Positions 31,738-42,579 of a stretch of DNA of 64,000 nt are shown one piece after another. Positions within the stretch are counted from its first letter, which is position 1; each line of letters opens with the position of its first letter. The notes beneath the pieces are model-generated. The model was not told the origin of the DNA. It saw only the letters and a list, made by a program, of their open reading frames with translations, and did no database searches. Source of the stretch: a virus; the IMG/VR virus record IMGVR_UViG_3300034272_001354, positions 12,983 to 76,982 of that record, one strand, 5' to 3'. A program made the translations under genes and the position numbers.

Positions 31738-33606
31738 TCAATCATTTAAGATTTTATCCAATTCTTTTTCCATATCACCTAAAGAATTTCTTGCTCGAGA
31801 TAAATCAATGTAAGAATCGTCTTCAGTTAGATTACCACTTTCCAATAAGATATTCAAATTATCTCGTTTGACTGATTCAGGAGTTATTTCAGCTTCACCA
31901 CCCGGTGCCGGTGCTCCACCCGGTTCAGGTGCTCCACCCGGTTCAGGTTCTCCACCTAAGTCAAGTCCTCCACCTAAGTCAGATTCAAGACCTCCTCCAC
32001 CTCCTCCACCAGGTGGTGGGGCAGGAGCAGCCGCTCCAACGGCCGTAGTTCCGGATTTACTCGCGTATAATTTATCTATAGTATCAAATACACCCGTATG
32101 AGTAATTATGGTTGCGGTATTAGTTAATTCCGCACCAACCGCTTTTTCAATACGTTGTTGTTGTAAATCTAATTTAATTTCTTCATCAGAGAATCCTAAT
32201 ACGTGTTTCTTAGCCCATGTAACAGATACCGGAGCGATACCTTCGATAGCCGCAACAGCATCTTTATACAATAAAATTTTCTCTTTCCAAATATCAATTT
32301 TTAATAAATCTGCTTGAGATGATGGGTTTGTAAGAGCCAATGTAAAGTTTGACAATTCATCCTCAAATCCTAATAAGAATAAATGAATAATTGCAACTTT
32401 ATTTAATTCGGCAATCATAGATTTTTGAATTCTATTAATTGTTCTTGCGAAACGAATATCCATTAAAGATAAATTTTTACCATCACCCGTTACTTCCTCA
32501 AAACCTAAAAACGCTTTAGGAACACGAAGTGCTGTTAATAATTTCTTTTGGATATATTCAATATCGGCAATCTCCGCCAAATTTTGTGCTCCCGGTAAGG
32601 TATCAATTGGACTTGGTGCCGCAGGGTCACGAACAGGAATAAAGTAATCTTGGTCAACAGCCATTTGATTAAATCTCATATCTACATTCCCTGTTTGAGA
32701 ATCAACCACTTGACTTCTTTTAAATTTGTTAGCCACACGTTGTACATATGGTTCAACATCTTTATCGTCCATATTACCAACATAAACTTTAAATACACGT
32801 CTTTCAGGAGCTCTTGAAGTTCTATAAATCAACATCGCATCTTCTGAAAGTAATAATTGTTTCCAAATACGTCTCGCTTTCTCCAACATAGAAGTACCAT
32901 AAGGAAGTTTTCTATCATCACCTAATAATCTAAAATGGGCAATCTCCCATGAATTGAATTCCATGTCTTTAATTTTCCATTTGAAACGTAATCCTTTACT
33001 ATCCGCAGGTTCTTCAACATTTGCTGATTTCGCAGCCATACCTCTCTCCAAACGTTCTATTTCAATGTTTGGTAATTGCATACACCCAACAATGCCTTTT
33101 TCCGCATCCAATTTTAGATACACGAAGTTATCTCCATATTTACAAGTATTTCTTGTCCACATAGGTAAATTAGTATTTAAATCTAATACGTTGTTAAATA
33201 AGTCAGTTAAGATTCCTTTAATTCTTTTTGATTCAGAATAAATCTGTAACATATATCCATTTTGGTCAACAGTTGTTGATTCTTCACCATAGATATCCAA
33301 AGCGGCAGAAATTTCAGGAGTATACTCCATCGATTCATAATCATAAAATGAAGCTAAACGAGTTGGTTCATAATATACCGCTTGAGTATATAAATTACTT
33401 TCAATTTTAGTCCATTGATTGGCTAGATAATAAGTTTGTTGTGCCTGTAATTTTTCTCTCTCGTATTCGGCTTTAGACGTGGTTTTTAATAATTCCTTCT
33501 TATCTAACTGATATACGGGATAATCTTGATTCAATAACGAATTTGGTCCAAATGCTTTGGATAACCTTTGCCAAACTGTTAAATCATTATTTTGATTGTT
33601 TTCCAT
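31738..33606 (-). CDS. portal protein, T4 gp20-like
   Basis: EDAMLIYRTSRAPERRVF, DYFIPVR, IDTLPGAQNL, ALRVP. Confidence 0.95.
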   Translation of the reverse strand: MENNQNNDLTVWQRLSKAFGPNSLLNQDYPVYQLDKKELLKTTSKAEYEREKLQAQQTYYLANQWTKIESNLYTQAVYYEPTRLASFYDYESMEYTPEISAALDIYGEESTTVDQNGYMLQIYSESKRIKGILTDLFNNVLDLNTNLPMWTRNTCKYGDNFVYLKLDAEKGIVGCMQLPNIEIERLERGMAAKSANVEEPADSKGLRFKWKIKDMEFNSWEIAHFRLLGDDRKLPYGTSMLEKARRIWKQLLLSEDAMLIYRTSRAPERRVFKVYVGNMDDKDVEPYVQRVANKFKRSQVVDSQTGNVDMRFNQMAVDQDYFIPVRDPAAPSPIDTLPGAQNLAEIADIEYIQKKLLTALRVPKAFLGFEEVTGDGKNLSLMDIRFARTINRIQKSMIAELNKVAIIHLFLLGFEDELSNFTLALTNPSSQADLLKIDIWKEKILLYKDAVAAIEGIAPVSVTWAKKHVLGFSDEEIKLDLQQQRIEKAVGAELTNTATIITHTGVFDTIDKLYASKSGTTAVGAAAPAPPPGGGGGGGLESDLGGGLDLGGEPEPGGAPEPGGAPAPGGEAEITPESVKRDNLNILLESGNLTEDDSYIDLSRARNSLGDMEKELDKILND

Positions 33607-33663
33607 ATGAAAAATTTAAATATTTTTTTATTTTAATAAATAGTTTAGATTAACCAAATATCA

Positions 33664-34167
33664 TCATGGGATTGTTGGTGTGGGGGTTGGCGTTGGATAA
33701 TTAACCGGTGGTACAGGTATTGGGAACGGGTCACAATCAACAATTAAGTTATCACCATTTTCTGCTATAATACGGATAAAGTCCTCAGTCGCTAAGTAAC
33801 AAATCTCAACAATTGGTGAAGGTGTCATTGTAGGTGTTGGCGTAGGTGTTGGCGTACCCGTTGGTGGTGGTGTAGGTGTTGGAGTAGGTGTTGGTTCTGC
33901 CGTTGGTGTTGGTGGAAGAGCTCCACTAAATGTGTCAATAGTTCTAGGTCTATTAAAATCAGGTTCAAATACTTTAACACTTAAAATATCTTGACCAGGA
34001 ACAACCATTCTAGACCCTGCGAAAATTTTACCTGATTTTTTTCGATTTACAAAACCACCTGATTTACCGACACCCAAATTAAGAGTTGCATTAGCATACA
34101 AATCTGCATTTGCATCAAATGTTATACTATTATTTAAAGTAGAAGTTTTTCTATCGGTAATACCCAT
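33664..34167 (-). CDS. hypothetical protein with Pro/Thr repeats
   Basis: PTPTPTP tracts. Confidence 0.65.
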   Translation of the reverse strand: MGITDRKTSTLNNSITFDANADLYANATLNLGVGKSGGFVNRKKSGKIFAGSRMVVPGQDILSVKVFEPDFNRPRTIDTFSGALPPTPTAEPTPTPTPTPPPTGTPTPTPTPTMTPSPIVEICYLATEDFIRIIAENGDNLIVDCDPFPIPVPPVNYPTPTPTPTIP

Positions 34168-34187
34168 TTATGTTTATTTGATAAATA

Positions 34188-35957
34188 TTATCTTGTACCA
34201 AATAACCAGCCATATTTCATATAATCGTCTCGACTTATATTTCCATTACTAAATTGACCAATTCTTTCTCGAGTATTTGGTATTACGGGGTTAAACGCTA
34301 ATGATTCACTTACATTGTCATTATTAGTGACCGCCCAAGAATCAATCATCGCTTTAGTATGTTCAGTAACTTTAGTTAATTTACTAAACGATGATTCAGC
34401 AACGTAGGTTGCCATCGCAATAGACATGATTAAATCGTCGTGATGACCTTTTTGGTGGTCAGGTCTACCATTCATATAAATAAATGTATTCATTTCATTA
34501 TACAAACGAGAACTATAAATTCTAAATCCATGTCTCATTACTTCTTCAAACGAAGCAATAATTTGAACTCTTTTATTATTAAAGTTTATTCCCGGAATTT
34601 TCTCCGCAGCTTTTGGGTCGTATTTCCATTTGTTTGCCGTGTCAACACCATCAACATATAAATCTTTATAATTCATTTCTTGAAGTTTTCTTGATGTTGA
34701 AACACCCATACCTCCAGTGATATCTATTACCACAAAACAAGAATAGTTTGTCGCCCATTTGTGACAAATTTCCGCCATAGTGTCCGGAGGTAATTTACCC
34801 ACATACTCAGCGACTTGTTCTTGAGTATCAAAATCGACAATTTGGAATGAACTAAAATCTTCAGAATCCCCACGAGAAACGTCGACACCCATAATGTATT
34901 TATGTCCAATCACAGGTTCTTTCCAAATCCAAAGAGCATTCCCCATTAACTTTGATATAGGTTCAAGAATCATATTTTCACGAATCTTTTGCATCATAAG
35001 AGAATCAAATACGTTATCCCCCGAACCTAAGAAGTTACATTCTAACTCTTGGGATACTTTACGTTTATCGTATTTTAATTTCTTAACCATCGCCTCAAAC
35101 CAAGATGAACAAGGTTTATACCCGGCATCCATAATAATTCTTAACTCTTTATAATTTCTATTTTCATAAGGTATTTTAGACCAATCAAGAAATTCATCTG
35201 GTTTATAATCTTCTTTATTCAATAGGAAATGAATTATATCATCAGTTTTTACCAAGAATAAATCTTTAGTATAACGTGGGTCACGATACCAAAACATCTC
35301 GGTAATTTTGAAGTCATTCATATTACGTAATGCTTGGTCATATATTTCGTAGTAAATTGGGTCGTATCCGTTTGGAGTTGAAACAACAATTACTTTACCC
35401 CCCGTAGATAGGGACGCCATACAAGCAGCCCAAAAGTCACTGTCAGCTTCGATAAACGCCGCCTCGTCAAATACAAGTATTGTTGGTGTAAACCCACGCA
35501 AGGCATCTTTCGATGTCGCAACGGCTTTAACCTCACAACCATTTGTTAATTTATAATGTTTTTGGGAATTTTTTGCTTTATCAAAATCTACACCTGTCCA
35601 AGACGGCCATTGAGCAACGAACGCTTTTATTTTATTAGCCATCTCCAGTGAAGTATCCAACTTATTGGCGATAATCAATATTTTTTCGGGGGTTTCTTTT
35701 CTTGCGAATACTAACTTTCGTGACATCCAAGCCGCGGTAACTGTTGATACCCCGGCCTGTCTGTACTTTAATGCAATGTTTTCATTGTATTCTTCGTAAT
35801 CTTCTAATAAAGATAATTGGTCAGGAAAAAGTTCTAATGGAACATATTTTTTAACCGTATTATCATATGTTTCTAAATACGTTCTAAGTGCGTATTCAAC
35901 ATCTCGATTACATTTTACGTATTCAATTAATACTTGTTCTTTTGTTAAATTTGACAT
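34188..35957 (-). CDS. terminase large subunit, T4 gp17-like
   Basis: KYRQAGVST (Walker A), VFDEAAF, STPNG, GVDVSRG, HDDLIM. Confidence 0.93.
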   Translation of the reverse strand: MSNLTKEQVLIEYVKCNRDVEYALRTYLETYDNTVKKYVPLELFPDQLSLLEDYEEYNENIALKYRQAGVSTVTAAWMSRKLVFARKETPEKILIIANKLDTSLEMANKIKAFVAQWPSWTGVDFDKAKNSQKHYKLTNGCEVKAVATSKDALRGFTPTILVFDEAAFIEADSDFWAACMASLSTGGKVIVVSTPNGYDPIYYEIYDQALRNMNDFKITEMFWYRDPRYTKDLFLVKTDDIIHFLLNKEDYKPDEFLDWSKIPYENRNYKELRIIMDAGYKPCSSWFEAMVKKLKYDKRKVSQELECNFLGSGDNVFDSLMMQKIRENMILEPISKLMGNALWIWKEPVIGHKYIMGVDVSRGDSEDFSSFQIVDFDTQEQVAEYVGKLPPDTMAEICHKWATNYSCFVVIDITGGMGVSTSRKLQEMNYKDLYVDGVDTANKWKYDPKAAEKIPGINFNNKRVQIIASFEEVMRHGFRIYSSRLYNEMNTFIYMNGRPDHQKGHHDDLIMSIAMATYVAESSFSKLTKVTEHTKAMIDSWAVTNNDNVSESLAFNPVIPNTRERIGQFSNGNISRDDYMKYGWLFGTR

Positions 35958-35972
35958 AAGTCGGTTTGGTTT

Positions 35973-37331
35973 TTAGAACCCAAGTGCCGACAAATCAAAA
36001 TCATCCAAGTCGTCGTCACCGTAGTCGTCATCATCATTATCGTCACCCATTTTTTCATCATACTCATCTTTTTTCAAATCATTAACGATTTCGTCAACCA
36101 TTCTTTGAATAAATTGAGCACCTTGTGGGTTTCCTTCTAATATTAGTTTAGCTACTCTTAAAAACTCTTGTGCTGATAGTTTCGAGAATCTCACAAATAA
36201 ATAATGTTGGATGTGTTTCATATCATCATCAAACAATTTATCAGGATACGCCTCTAAAAATTTTTCCCAAAATATTGGACCTAATCTAGAATCCCATATT
36301 TCGGCAGGTAATGTATCTTCCGCCCCTAAAACCATTTCGGCTTGTTTTGGGTCATCAGGTAAACCATGTGTTCCAAATACTTCATAAACACCTTTCACTA
36401 ATTCGTGAACTAATAATGGAAACGTCATAGCTCTTGCCTTAACTGTTGGTGGGTCTGTTTCATCATCCACTTCACTTTGACCCATTTGTCCACCACCTGA
36501 ACCTGCCATACCTTCCATATCCGGGTATAACCAATATAAGTGTTCCATAAGGGCTTGTGTAACACCATAATGATTAAGTAAGTTAGGGTCTAATCTACTT
36601 AATTCATCACTAACTAACACATACATATGACCACCTTTAAAAGCCGCTCCTTGTATTAACGAGTTAATTAATCTTCTTTTTGATTTTTCTAAATTAAATT
36701 TTTCAAATTCATCAGCAAAATCCTCTAATTCTTCAGAATGGTCTTCCGCCTTTTTAAATGCGTCTTTAACTTCTTCATCACTAGGTTGTTGAGGTTCTGT
36801 CTGCATTCCTTGAGCCGCAGCCATAGGTCCGTGAACTAATTGAGCATCGAATTGTAATGACCCTTCAGGAATACCAAGTTCTTTAACAACTAAATTAACT
36901 GCTAATCTTTCAAGATATTCTTTATTTTGAGATTCAACCTGTACAATTCTTTGCAAACCATTCATTACTGTCGACATTAGACCCATCATTGGATTGTTTC
37001 CTTGAATTGCGGTAGTATCCCCCAAATATCTTCTTACTTTGTCTACAGAATCCTTAAAACGTTTAGAGGAGATTACTTCAATATAATCTTTATCACCATC
37101 TTTTGGTAAAGCTGGATTTTGATTAAATGGAGTTTGTTTTGAAGTAATTTTTCTTTCGATACCCGGTTCCATTCTTTCAGGACCTTCATAATCAATTGGT
37201 GCTTCAACTAAACTACTTTTAATTTCTTTAAGTAATGAACGTTCATTTTTAGTAATTGTACCTTCAGATAATTTTCTTTCTAATTTTGTTTTAGCTTTTA
37301 AAATCTCTTCTATTTTTATATTTAAACTCAT
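35973..37331 (-). CDS. hypothetical phage protein
   Basis: 452-aa ORF with acidic tail. Confidence 0.7.
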   Translation of the reverse strand: MSLNIKIEEILKAKTKLERKLSEGTITKNERSLLKEIKSSLVEAPIDYEGPERMEPGIERKITSKQTPFNQNPALPKDGDKDYIEVISSKRFKDSVDKVRRYLGDTTAIQGNNPMMGLMSTVMNGLQRIVQVESQNKEYLERLAVNLVVKELGIPEGSLQFDAQLVHGPMAAAQGMQTEPQQPSDEEVKDAFKKAEDHSEELEDFADEFEKFNLEKSKRRLINSLIQGAAFKGGHMYVLVSDELSRLDPNLLNHYGVTQALMEHLYWLYPDMEGMAGSGGGQMGQSEVDDETDPPTVKARAMTFPLLVHELVKGVYEVFGTHGLPDDPKQAEMVLGAEDTLPAEIWDSRLGPIFWEKFLEAYPDKLFDDDMKHIQHYLFVRFSKLSAQEFLRVAKLILEGNPQGAQFIQRMVDEIVNDLKKDEYDEKMGDDNDDDDYGDDDLDDFDLSALGF

Positions 37332-37333
37332 GA

Positions 37334-38365
37334 TTAATCAATTTTAAGACCTATACTATCAAACGATAACCAAGTAGGTAATTCTTTTTTAATAGCTTTA
37401 GGTGCCGGTTTAGCACCCGGTTTAGGTTTGTAAGGAGAATCTGTTCCCGGTCTTGTACCTGGTTTAACTTTTGGTTTTACAGGCGCCGTTTTAGTATCTT
37501 CGTCAATTTCTTTTTTAGCTTTAGGAGCTGGTTTAACACCCGGTTTAGGTTTGTATGGTGAATCTGTTCCCGGTTTTGTCCCCGGTTTAACTTTTGGTTT
37601 TGCCGGAGCAGTTTTTGTGTCCTCACCAATTAAACTTAAAAAATCTTTTTTAGACATTTTAGGTGTTATATGTTTTTCAACTAATCTCATAATTTGTTTT
37701 TCTATTTCGTTTTCACCAATATTAACACTTGGAGATATTTTAGTCAAATTATTTTTCATTCCACCTGCCAATGCCGCACCTACTTTTTTAGTATAATCGT
37801 CAAAACTAAAATTTTCTTTTGGTTCTTTTTTCTTTTCAGGTAATTTATTAAATTTGGTATCTTTAGCAAACTCATCAGCCATTCTACACCACTTATCTCT
37901 AATTTTTTTAGATTGTGTTTTATCATTACATCTTGCAAAGAAATATTTTTGTTGACTTTTAGATTCAAATTTTTCTTGAAGTTGGTTATCCGAATCATCA
38001 TCCATTCCATCAGGTCCTTGTACTTGTACAGGGTCTTGACTTACTTCACCTTTATCTTCGTCATCTTTATCTACTTCAGTATCTTCACCTAAATCTTTTT
38101 GTTCATTAGGTATCGCAGTTATACTACCATCAGTATTTTTATTAATATTATAACCTTTAGGCGCCGCAGGTAAGTTACCACCTTTTTCACCAATTTTATA
38201 CCCTTTTTTGGCAGGTTCTGTTACAGCACTAACTTGTTCTTGTAATCTATTGAATAATGCGTTAATTTGTTTATCCGACAAATATTGTAATGTTGAAGCT
38301 TTAAATCCTTCTTTAATAAGTTTCAATTTTTTTTGATTAGTGTTCATATACAACTTTTTTTTCAA
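37334..38365 (-). CDS. hypothetical protein with duplicated Lys/Pro-rich repeat
   Basis: EDTKTAPxKPKVKPGTxPGTDSPYKPKPGxKPAPKA occurs twice. Confidence 0.7.
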   Translation of the reverse strand: MKKKLYMNTNQKKLKLIKEGFKASTLQYLSDKQINALFNRLQEQVSAVTEPAKKGYKIGEKGGNLPAAPKGYNINKNTDGSITAIPNEQKDLGEDTEVDKDDEDKGEVSQDPVQVQGPDGMDDDSDNQLQEKFESKSQQKYFFARCNDKTQSKKIRDKWCRMADEFAKDTKFNKLPEKKKEPKENFSFDDYTKKVGAALAGGMKNNLTKISPSVNIGENEIEKQIMRLVEKHITPKMSKKDFLSLIGEDTKTAPAKPKVKPGTKPGTDSPYKPKPGVKPAPKAKKEIDEDTKTAPVKPKVKPGTRPGTDSPYKPKPGAKPAPKAIKKELPTWLSFDSIGLKID

Positions 38366-38747
38366 ATTCTAAAACGATGTCTCGTTCATATAATTTATTT
38401 TTTACTGATTCTTCTGTTTCACCAAACGAAAATACTAATCTAGTTTGTCTATCAAAATCAACGTCATCACTTTCATTTTCATACCCCAAAGCAATTATCC
38501 CATCCATAGAATCAATCATCGAAAAATAATCAGAGTTTTGAATTACTGACATGGTTATCATATCATTCTTCAAAACTCCTACTTTTTTTATGTGTTCTAA
38601 ATCAGGTGGGAGTGGGTATCTGTTGGATGGTTTAGCATCCCAGTTTTCACCCCAAATGTTTTCCAAACTATCCGAGAAAATAAATTCATATATGTTATCC
38701 CCTTTATAATTTGGTCCTAATTCGTTAACATATATTAAATAACTCAT
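38337..38747 (-). CDS. hypothetical protein
   Basis: 136-aa coupled ORF. Confidence 0.7.
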   Translation of the reverse strand: MSYLIYVNELGPNYKGDNIYEFIFSDSLENIWGENWDAKPSNRYPLPPDLEHIKKVGVLKNDMITMSVIQNSDYFSMIDSMDGIIALGYENESDDVDFDRQTRLVFSFGETEESVKNKLYERDIVLEFEKKVVYEH

Positions 38748-40093
38748 AGTATCTCACCTTTAGTGTTTACTCTAAGTTGTTTATTATTCATTTCAAATAC
38801 CAAGTTATGTTTGTTAGTTTTACCAACTAATTTCGCTCCCGGATATTTTGTTATTAATTTTGTAGAAGCAACTTCTTGAGAAATACTTTCAGAAATTTGT
38901 TTGATTTTAGAAATCTTATTTTTTCTATCTTCTTTAATTAAATTAACTTTTTGTTTTTTATTTTCAATTAATTGTTTTTCTTTTTGGTCTATTTTAAAAT
39001 AACCTCTTAATACTTCATCAACTTTTGATTCTGTGAACATACCTTCAAACATACCTTCTAAACGGTCAGCGTGGCTGTCTTTCATTGAATGAGGTCTTAA
39101 TCTTCTATGTCTTGGGTGAGAAGGTAATTCGTCTTCTACTTCAAAATCAAATTCAAAATCATCAGGATTATCTTCGTCAACGTCATCATACATAAATCCT
39201 TCGGCCATTTCAGGTTCTACATCCATATCAGCTTGGATATCTTCAACTTCACTATCATCAGTTAAATCTTCACCATCCATATCGTCACCACCTAAATAAT
39301 CGTCAGCTTCAATATCTTCAAATTTATTCATTATTTCTTCTTTATCTTCCTCATCTAAAGATGCTAAATCTAAAGCTGATAAGATTGAGTTAATAACATA
39401 CTTAATGTCTTTAGAAGTCATTGGTTCGTCTTCTTGAGCATCTTCAAACGCTCTTAATTTTTGAGCCAATTTACCGGTTAACTTTTGAATAACTTTTAAC
39501 GTAACAATTTCGTCATCTTCAGTATCCATTTCGTCATCACCTAAATCAAGTTCTTCTGTATCATCAATATCAAATTCGTCTTCAGGTGCCGGAGCAGGTG
39601 CCGGAGCGGGAGCCGGAGCGGGAGCCGGAGCGGGAGCCGGAGCAGGTGCCGGAGCGGGAGCTGGAGCCGGTGCCGGTGCTTGTTCTTCTGTTTCTCCACC
39701 TTTCATTTTTAAAATATACTTGGTAGCATCATTTTCATAAAATAAATTAACGTTAGCCTCTTGACCTTCATTAACATTTACTTCTTTTGCAATTAAGTTA
39801 AGCCTTTTGAACGCTTGAGAATAAGATGAATAATACTTTCTATTTTTCATTGGCTCTAAATAATCCACTTCATCAGTAGATTCAGTCAAACTTCTTTTAA
39901 TGATATAACCATTTTTTTCTTTAATAATTTGATAATTTCTACCGTCGGCTAATGTTCTATTATAGTCAACTGATGTGTTCTCATTTATCGGTGTAGGTAT
40001 GTTTTCATTGTATTTTGCGATTTCCATGATACGTTGAATTTTCTCCATACCTTGTAATTTTTCGCTACCAATCGGTTTTAAATTATTTCCCAT
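38744..40093 (-). CDS. acidic hypothetical protein with (PA)n linker
   Basis: Long PAPAPA run and D/E-rich tracts. Confidence 0.7.
   Translation of the reverse strand: MGNNLKPIGSEKLQGMEKIQRIMEIAKYNENIPTPINENTSVDYNRTLADGRNYQIIKEKNGYIIKRSLTESTDEVDYLEPMKNRKYYSSYSQAFKRLNLIAKEVNVNEGQEANVNLFYENDATKYILKMKGGETEEQAPAPAPAPAPAPAPAPAPAPAPAPAPAPAPAPEDEFDIDDTEELDLGDDEMDTEDDEIVTLKVIQKLTGKLAQKLRAFEDAQEDEPMTSKDIKYVINSILSALDLASLDEEDKEEIMNKFEDIEADDYLGGDDMDGEDLTDDSEVEDIQADMDVEPEMAEGFMYDDVDEDNPDDFEFDFEVEDELPSHPRHRRLRPHSMKDSHADRLEGMFEGMFTESKVDEVLRGYFKIDQKEKQLIENKKQKVNLIKEDRKNKISKIKQISESISQEVASTKLITKYPGAKLVGKTNKHNLVFEMNNKQLRVNTKGEIL
39585..39680. repeat. coding tandem repeat, 12-bp units (GCCGGAGCGGGA/GCCGGAGCAGGT)
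   Basis: Encodes the (AP)n linker. Confidence 0.8.
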
Positions 40094-40254
40094 TTGTTAA
40101 TTTTTTATAAAATTATTTTATATATAAATATATTCGGAATCAAAAATGTTGTAATCCCGACAGGTTTATTATTGATAATACCTATTTTTTATTTAAAAAA
40201 GATTTATATCAACGAATTTTATTTATAAATAGTTGTGAATTAAAAAAAAAATAT

Positions 40255-40262
40255 TATCTTTG
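40255..40262 (+). promoter_or_regulatory. Bacteroidota sigma70 -7 element
   Basis: TATCTTTG upstream of ATG 40288. Confidence 0.65.
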
Positions 40263-40287
40263 TATAAATATTAAAACATCAACAGAT

Positions 40288-40677
40288 ATGAAAAAATTAA
40301 TCACCATTATTCTTTTTATTTTTATTTCAAGTTTATCTTTTGGTCAACATGCAATAAAAGCCGGTAAATATTATGAATTAGATAAAGTGTTTACACGAGA
40401 TTCCATATCAGTTAAATTATTAATGGATACCTACAAATTAGATATCACTAAATTATCCGCTGTTAAATTTTTTGGGGAATTTGAGTTATCTGACAATTTA
40501 CATCATAATTACTCTCATTCAGAATACACATATATTTTAGAGAAAAAAACTGGAGTAGTTACATTAAAATCACTTAATTATAATGAAAATCTATTAAAAC
40601 TTAATAAATACGTTATGGTTTTTTGTTTTGACGATAATACTACAGAGAAAAAAACTATCACCATTAAAATATTTTAA
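40288..40677 (+). CDS. small secreted protein (Sec signal peptide)
   Basis: MKKLITIILFIFISSLSFG|Q. Confidence 0.7.
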   Translation: MKKLITIILFIFISSLSFGQHAIKAGKYYELDKVFTRDSISVKLLMDTYKLDITKLSAVKFFGEFELSDNLHHNYSHSEYTYILEKKTGVVTLKSLNYNENLLKLNKYVMVFCFDDNTTEKKTITIKIF

Positions 40678-40680
40678 TAA

Positions 40681-40707
40681 AAAAAAGGGTCTTTAAGACC
40701 CTTTTTT
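40681..40707. terminator. bidirectional terminator between convergent genes
   Basis: AAAAAAGGGTCTT-T-AAGACCCTTTTTT inverted repeat. Confidence 0.75.
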
Positions 40708-41757
40708 AGTTATTTGTGGAAGTTTAATAATTAATCTTCTATTAGGTGCCGTTTGATTTTCATCTGTTACGTCAGGCCATTTTTTACCCTTAGCAAATTG
40801 GTCAGTTTCTCCAATACCTTTAGGTATAAAATTTAATTTAATTCCCGGTAAACTATTTTTAAGAAGTGAAGCAATTGTTTCTGCTCTTTTTTTAGATAAA
40901 TCCATATTATAATCTTTTCTTTTTTGACCTGTTTTAAGTTTACCTTCAGGGTCTTCATCGATAGATGCTGATGATATTACTTCTACATCTCCTGTAGCAT
41001 CAGAATAATTAGTTTTAATTGATTTGATAAAATCTTTAAATTCTTGTTTAGCCTCATCTGTTAAATTAGTCTCATTAAATCTAAATGGACTTTCAATATT
41101 TAATTCAAATGGTGTATCTTCTGGTGTGTCTTCAGGTGTTTCAGGTGTAGGTTTATTTGAAAAATATTTAGCACTAGCACCAGGAAACAATTGTATTAAA
41201 ATTCCATATCCTCCTTTTTTAACATACATTACCGGAGATATTGTATCATCTTTAGATTCTTCATATCTACCCTTTAATAAACTTAAGTCTTGTTTTATTA
41301 TCTTTGCAGTGTAAAGTGTTGGTGAACCAACCTTTGATTTGTCGGTTGGAGATGGGAGTCTTCGGTCATTTGGTGCCATTGCAACAAATTTATAATCCAT
41401 ATTAGCATTTTGTAATGGTACTAAAGGCTCACCACCTACCGAAGATGAATAAAGGTCAGGCCAATATTTGTCAGTAAGTTCAAAATTTAAACCCCAACCA
41501 TAATCTGAAACTAATTCTTTTGTTTTATAATTAACTTTAAAATTATATAAATCACCATTTACATATTTCCACTGTTGTCCATCAGCAACATCAACAATTG
41601 AATATAAGTAATTTTGATTAATTTTAAAATAAAATTCACTTCCTAATTTATAAAAAGATTCATCAATTTCTTCTTCTTTTTCTTCTTGTTCTTGAAGAAC
41701 TTTTTTAACTAAATTGTATAATTCTGATTCTGTTAGTTTTATAATTTTTTTTCCCAT
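40693..41757 (-). CDS. protein with leader motif and C-terminal OmpA-like peptidoglycan-binding domain
   Basis: Leader KLTESELYNLVKKVLQEQ; FRFNETNL...YNMDLSKKRAETIA...GIGET...NRRLII. Confidence 0.75.
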   Translation of the reverse strand: MGKKIIKLTESELYNLVKKVLQEQEEKEEEIDESFYKLGSEFYFKINQNYLYSIVDVADGQQWKYVNGDLYNFKVNYKTKELVSDYGWGLNFELTDKYWPDLYSSSVGGEPLVPLQNANMDYKFVAMAPNDRRLPSPTDKSKVGSPTLYTAKIIKQDLSLLKGRYEESKDDTISPVMYVKKGGYGILIQLFPGASAKYFSNKPTPETPEDTPEDTPFELNIESPFRFNETNLTDEAKQEFKDFIKSIKTNYSDATGDVEVISSASIDEDPEGKLKTGQKRKDYNMDLSKKRAETIASLLKNSLPGIKLNFIPKGIGETDQFAKGKKWPDVTDENQTAPNRRLIIKLPQITKKGS

Positions 41758-41769
41758 AATTTTTATTTA

Positions 41770-42549
41770 TTAATATATATACCTTTCTTTCAAAGAAAGA
41801 TTTTTATCTGAGTGTTTTGTTTGAAAATCAAATAGTTTTTGAATATAACCATTTCGTCTTAAAACTTTAAAAACCAAGTTTTCATTTGAGAATTCCCCCC
41901 CATCTTCTAAACCTCGTGTTCTGTATTTTTTAAGTTTATCTTTAAATTTATTTATAATTTCTTTAGAAGTTTCTAACGAATCCTCATCTTCAGCATCATT
42001 GATTACATCATCAATCATTTTCATCCATTCTTCAGATTTAGTTTTAATTAACGTTGTGTCAATCTCAACATCTTCTTTTTTTGGTTTAGTTATCCACTCA
42101 TCCATCAATACAGAATACTCTCCACTACTAGTGTGAGGTTCACTTGTATCCTGAACATACAATTCAACATCATAACCAAAAATGGTAATATTATGTTTAT
42201 CGTTATATAATGTTTTCTTTAATCGGAATAGTTCTTCGTATAAAGGTAATTCTTTTTCCGAGAATTGTTTGAAGTCAACAAGAATGTGTAGGTCAATATC
42301 AGAATATTTTGACCAATTGTAGTTTGCTAATGAACCGGTCATAACAACATCGTCCACAACCATATCCACACCAATAAAGTCAATAAATTCGTAAGCAATT
42401 TGAAGTAGACGTTCTCTAACCTTTGGCACCATGATTTCATCCTGACCTTTTGGGTCGGACATATACCTTTCATTAGGTAGTTCCCAAATTTTAGGATTTA
42501 ACTCATCTTGTAGATGAAAGCTAGATAATATACTTTTTAAATTACTCAT
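41770..42549 (-). CDS. nucleotidyltransferase (Pol beta superfamily)
   Basis: TGSLANYNWSKYSDIDLH (GS...DxD) and VELYVQD. Confidence 0.75.
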   Translation of the reverse strand: MSNLKSILSSFHLQDELNPKIWELPNERYMSDPKGQDEIMVPKVRERLLQIAYEFIDFIGVDMVVDDVVMTGSLANYNWSKYSDIDLHILVDFKQFSEKELPLYEELFRLKKTLYNDKHNITIFGYDVELYVQDTSEPHTSSGEYSVLMDEWITKPKKEDVEIDTTLIKTKSEEWMKMIDDVINDAEDEDSLETSKEIINKFKDKLKKYRTRGLEDGGEFSNENLVFKVLRRNGYIQKLFDFQTKHSDKNLSLKERYIY

Positions 42550-42579
42550 TAACAATAAATACTTAAATAAGTATAATTG

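Noticed and set aside
25624-35957. Inteins or introns in capsid, portal or terminase
   Set aside because: ORFs are continuous and no intein splice-junction or homing motifs were seen
39585-39680. Repeats as a possible CRISPR array
   Set aside because: In-frame coding repeats without spacers; no CRISPR array or cas gene seen in the window
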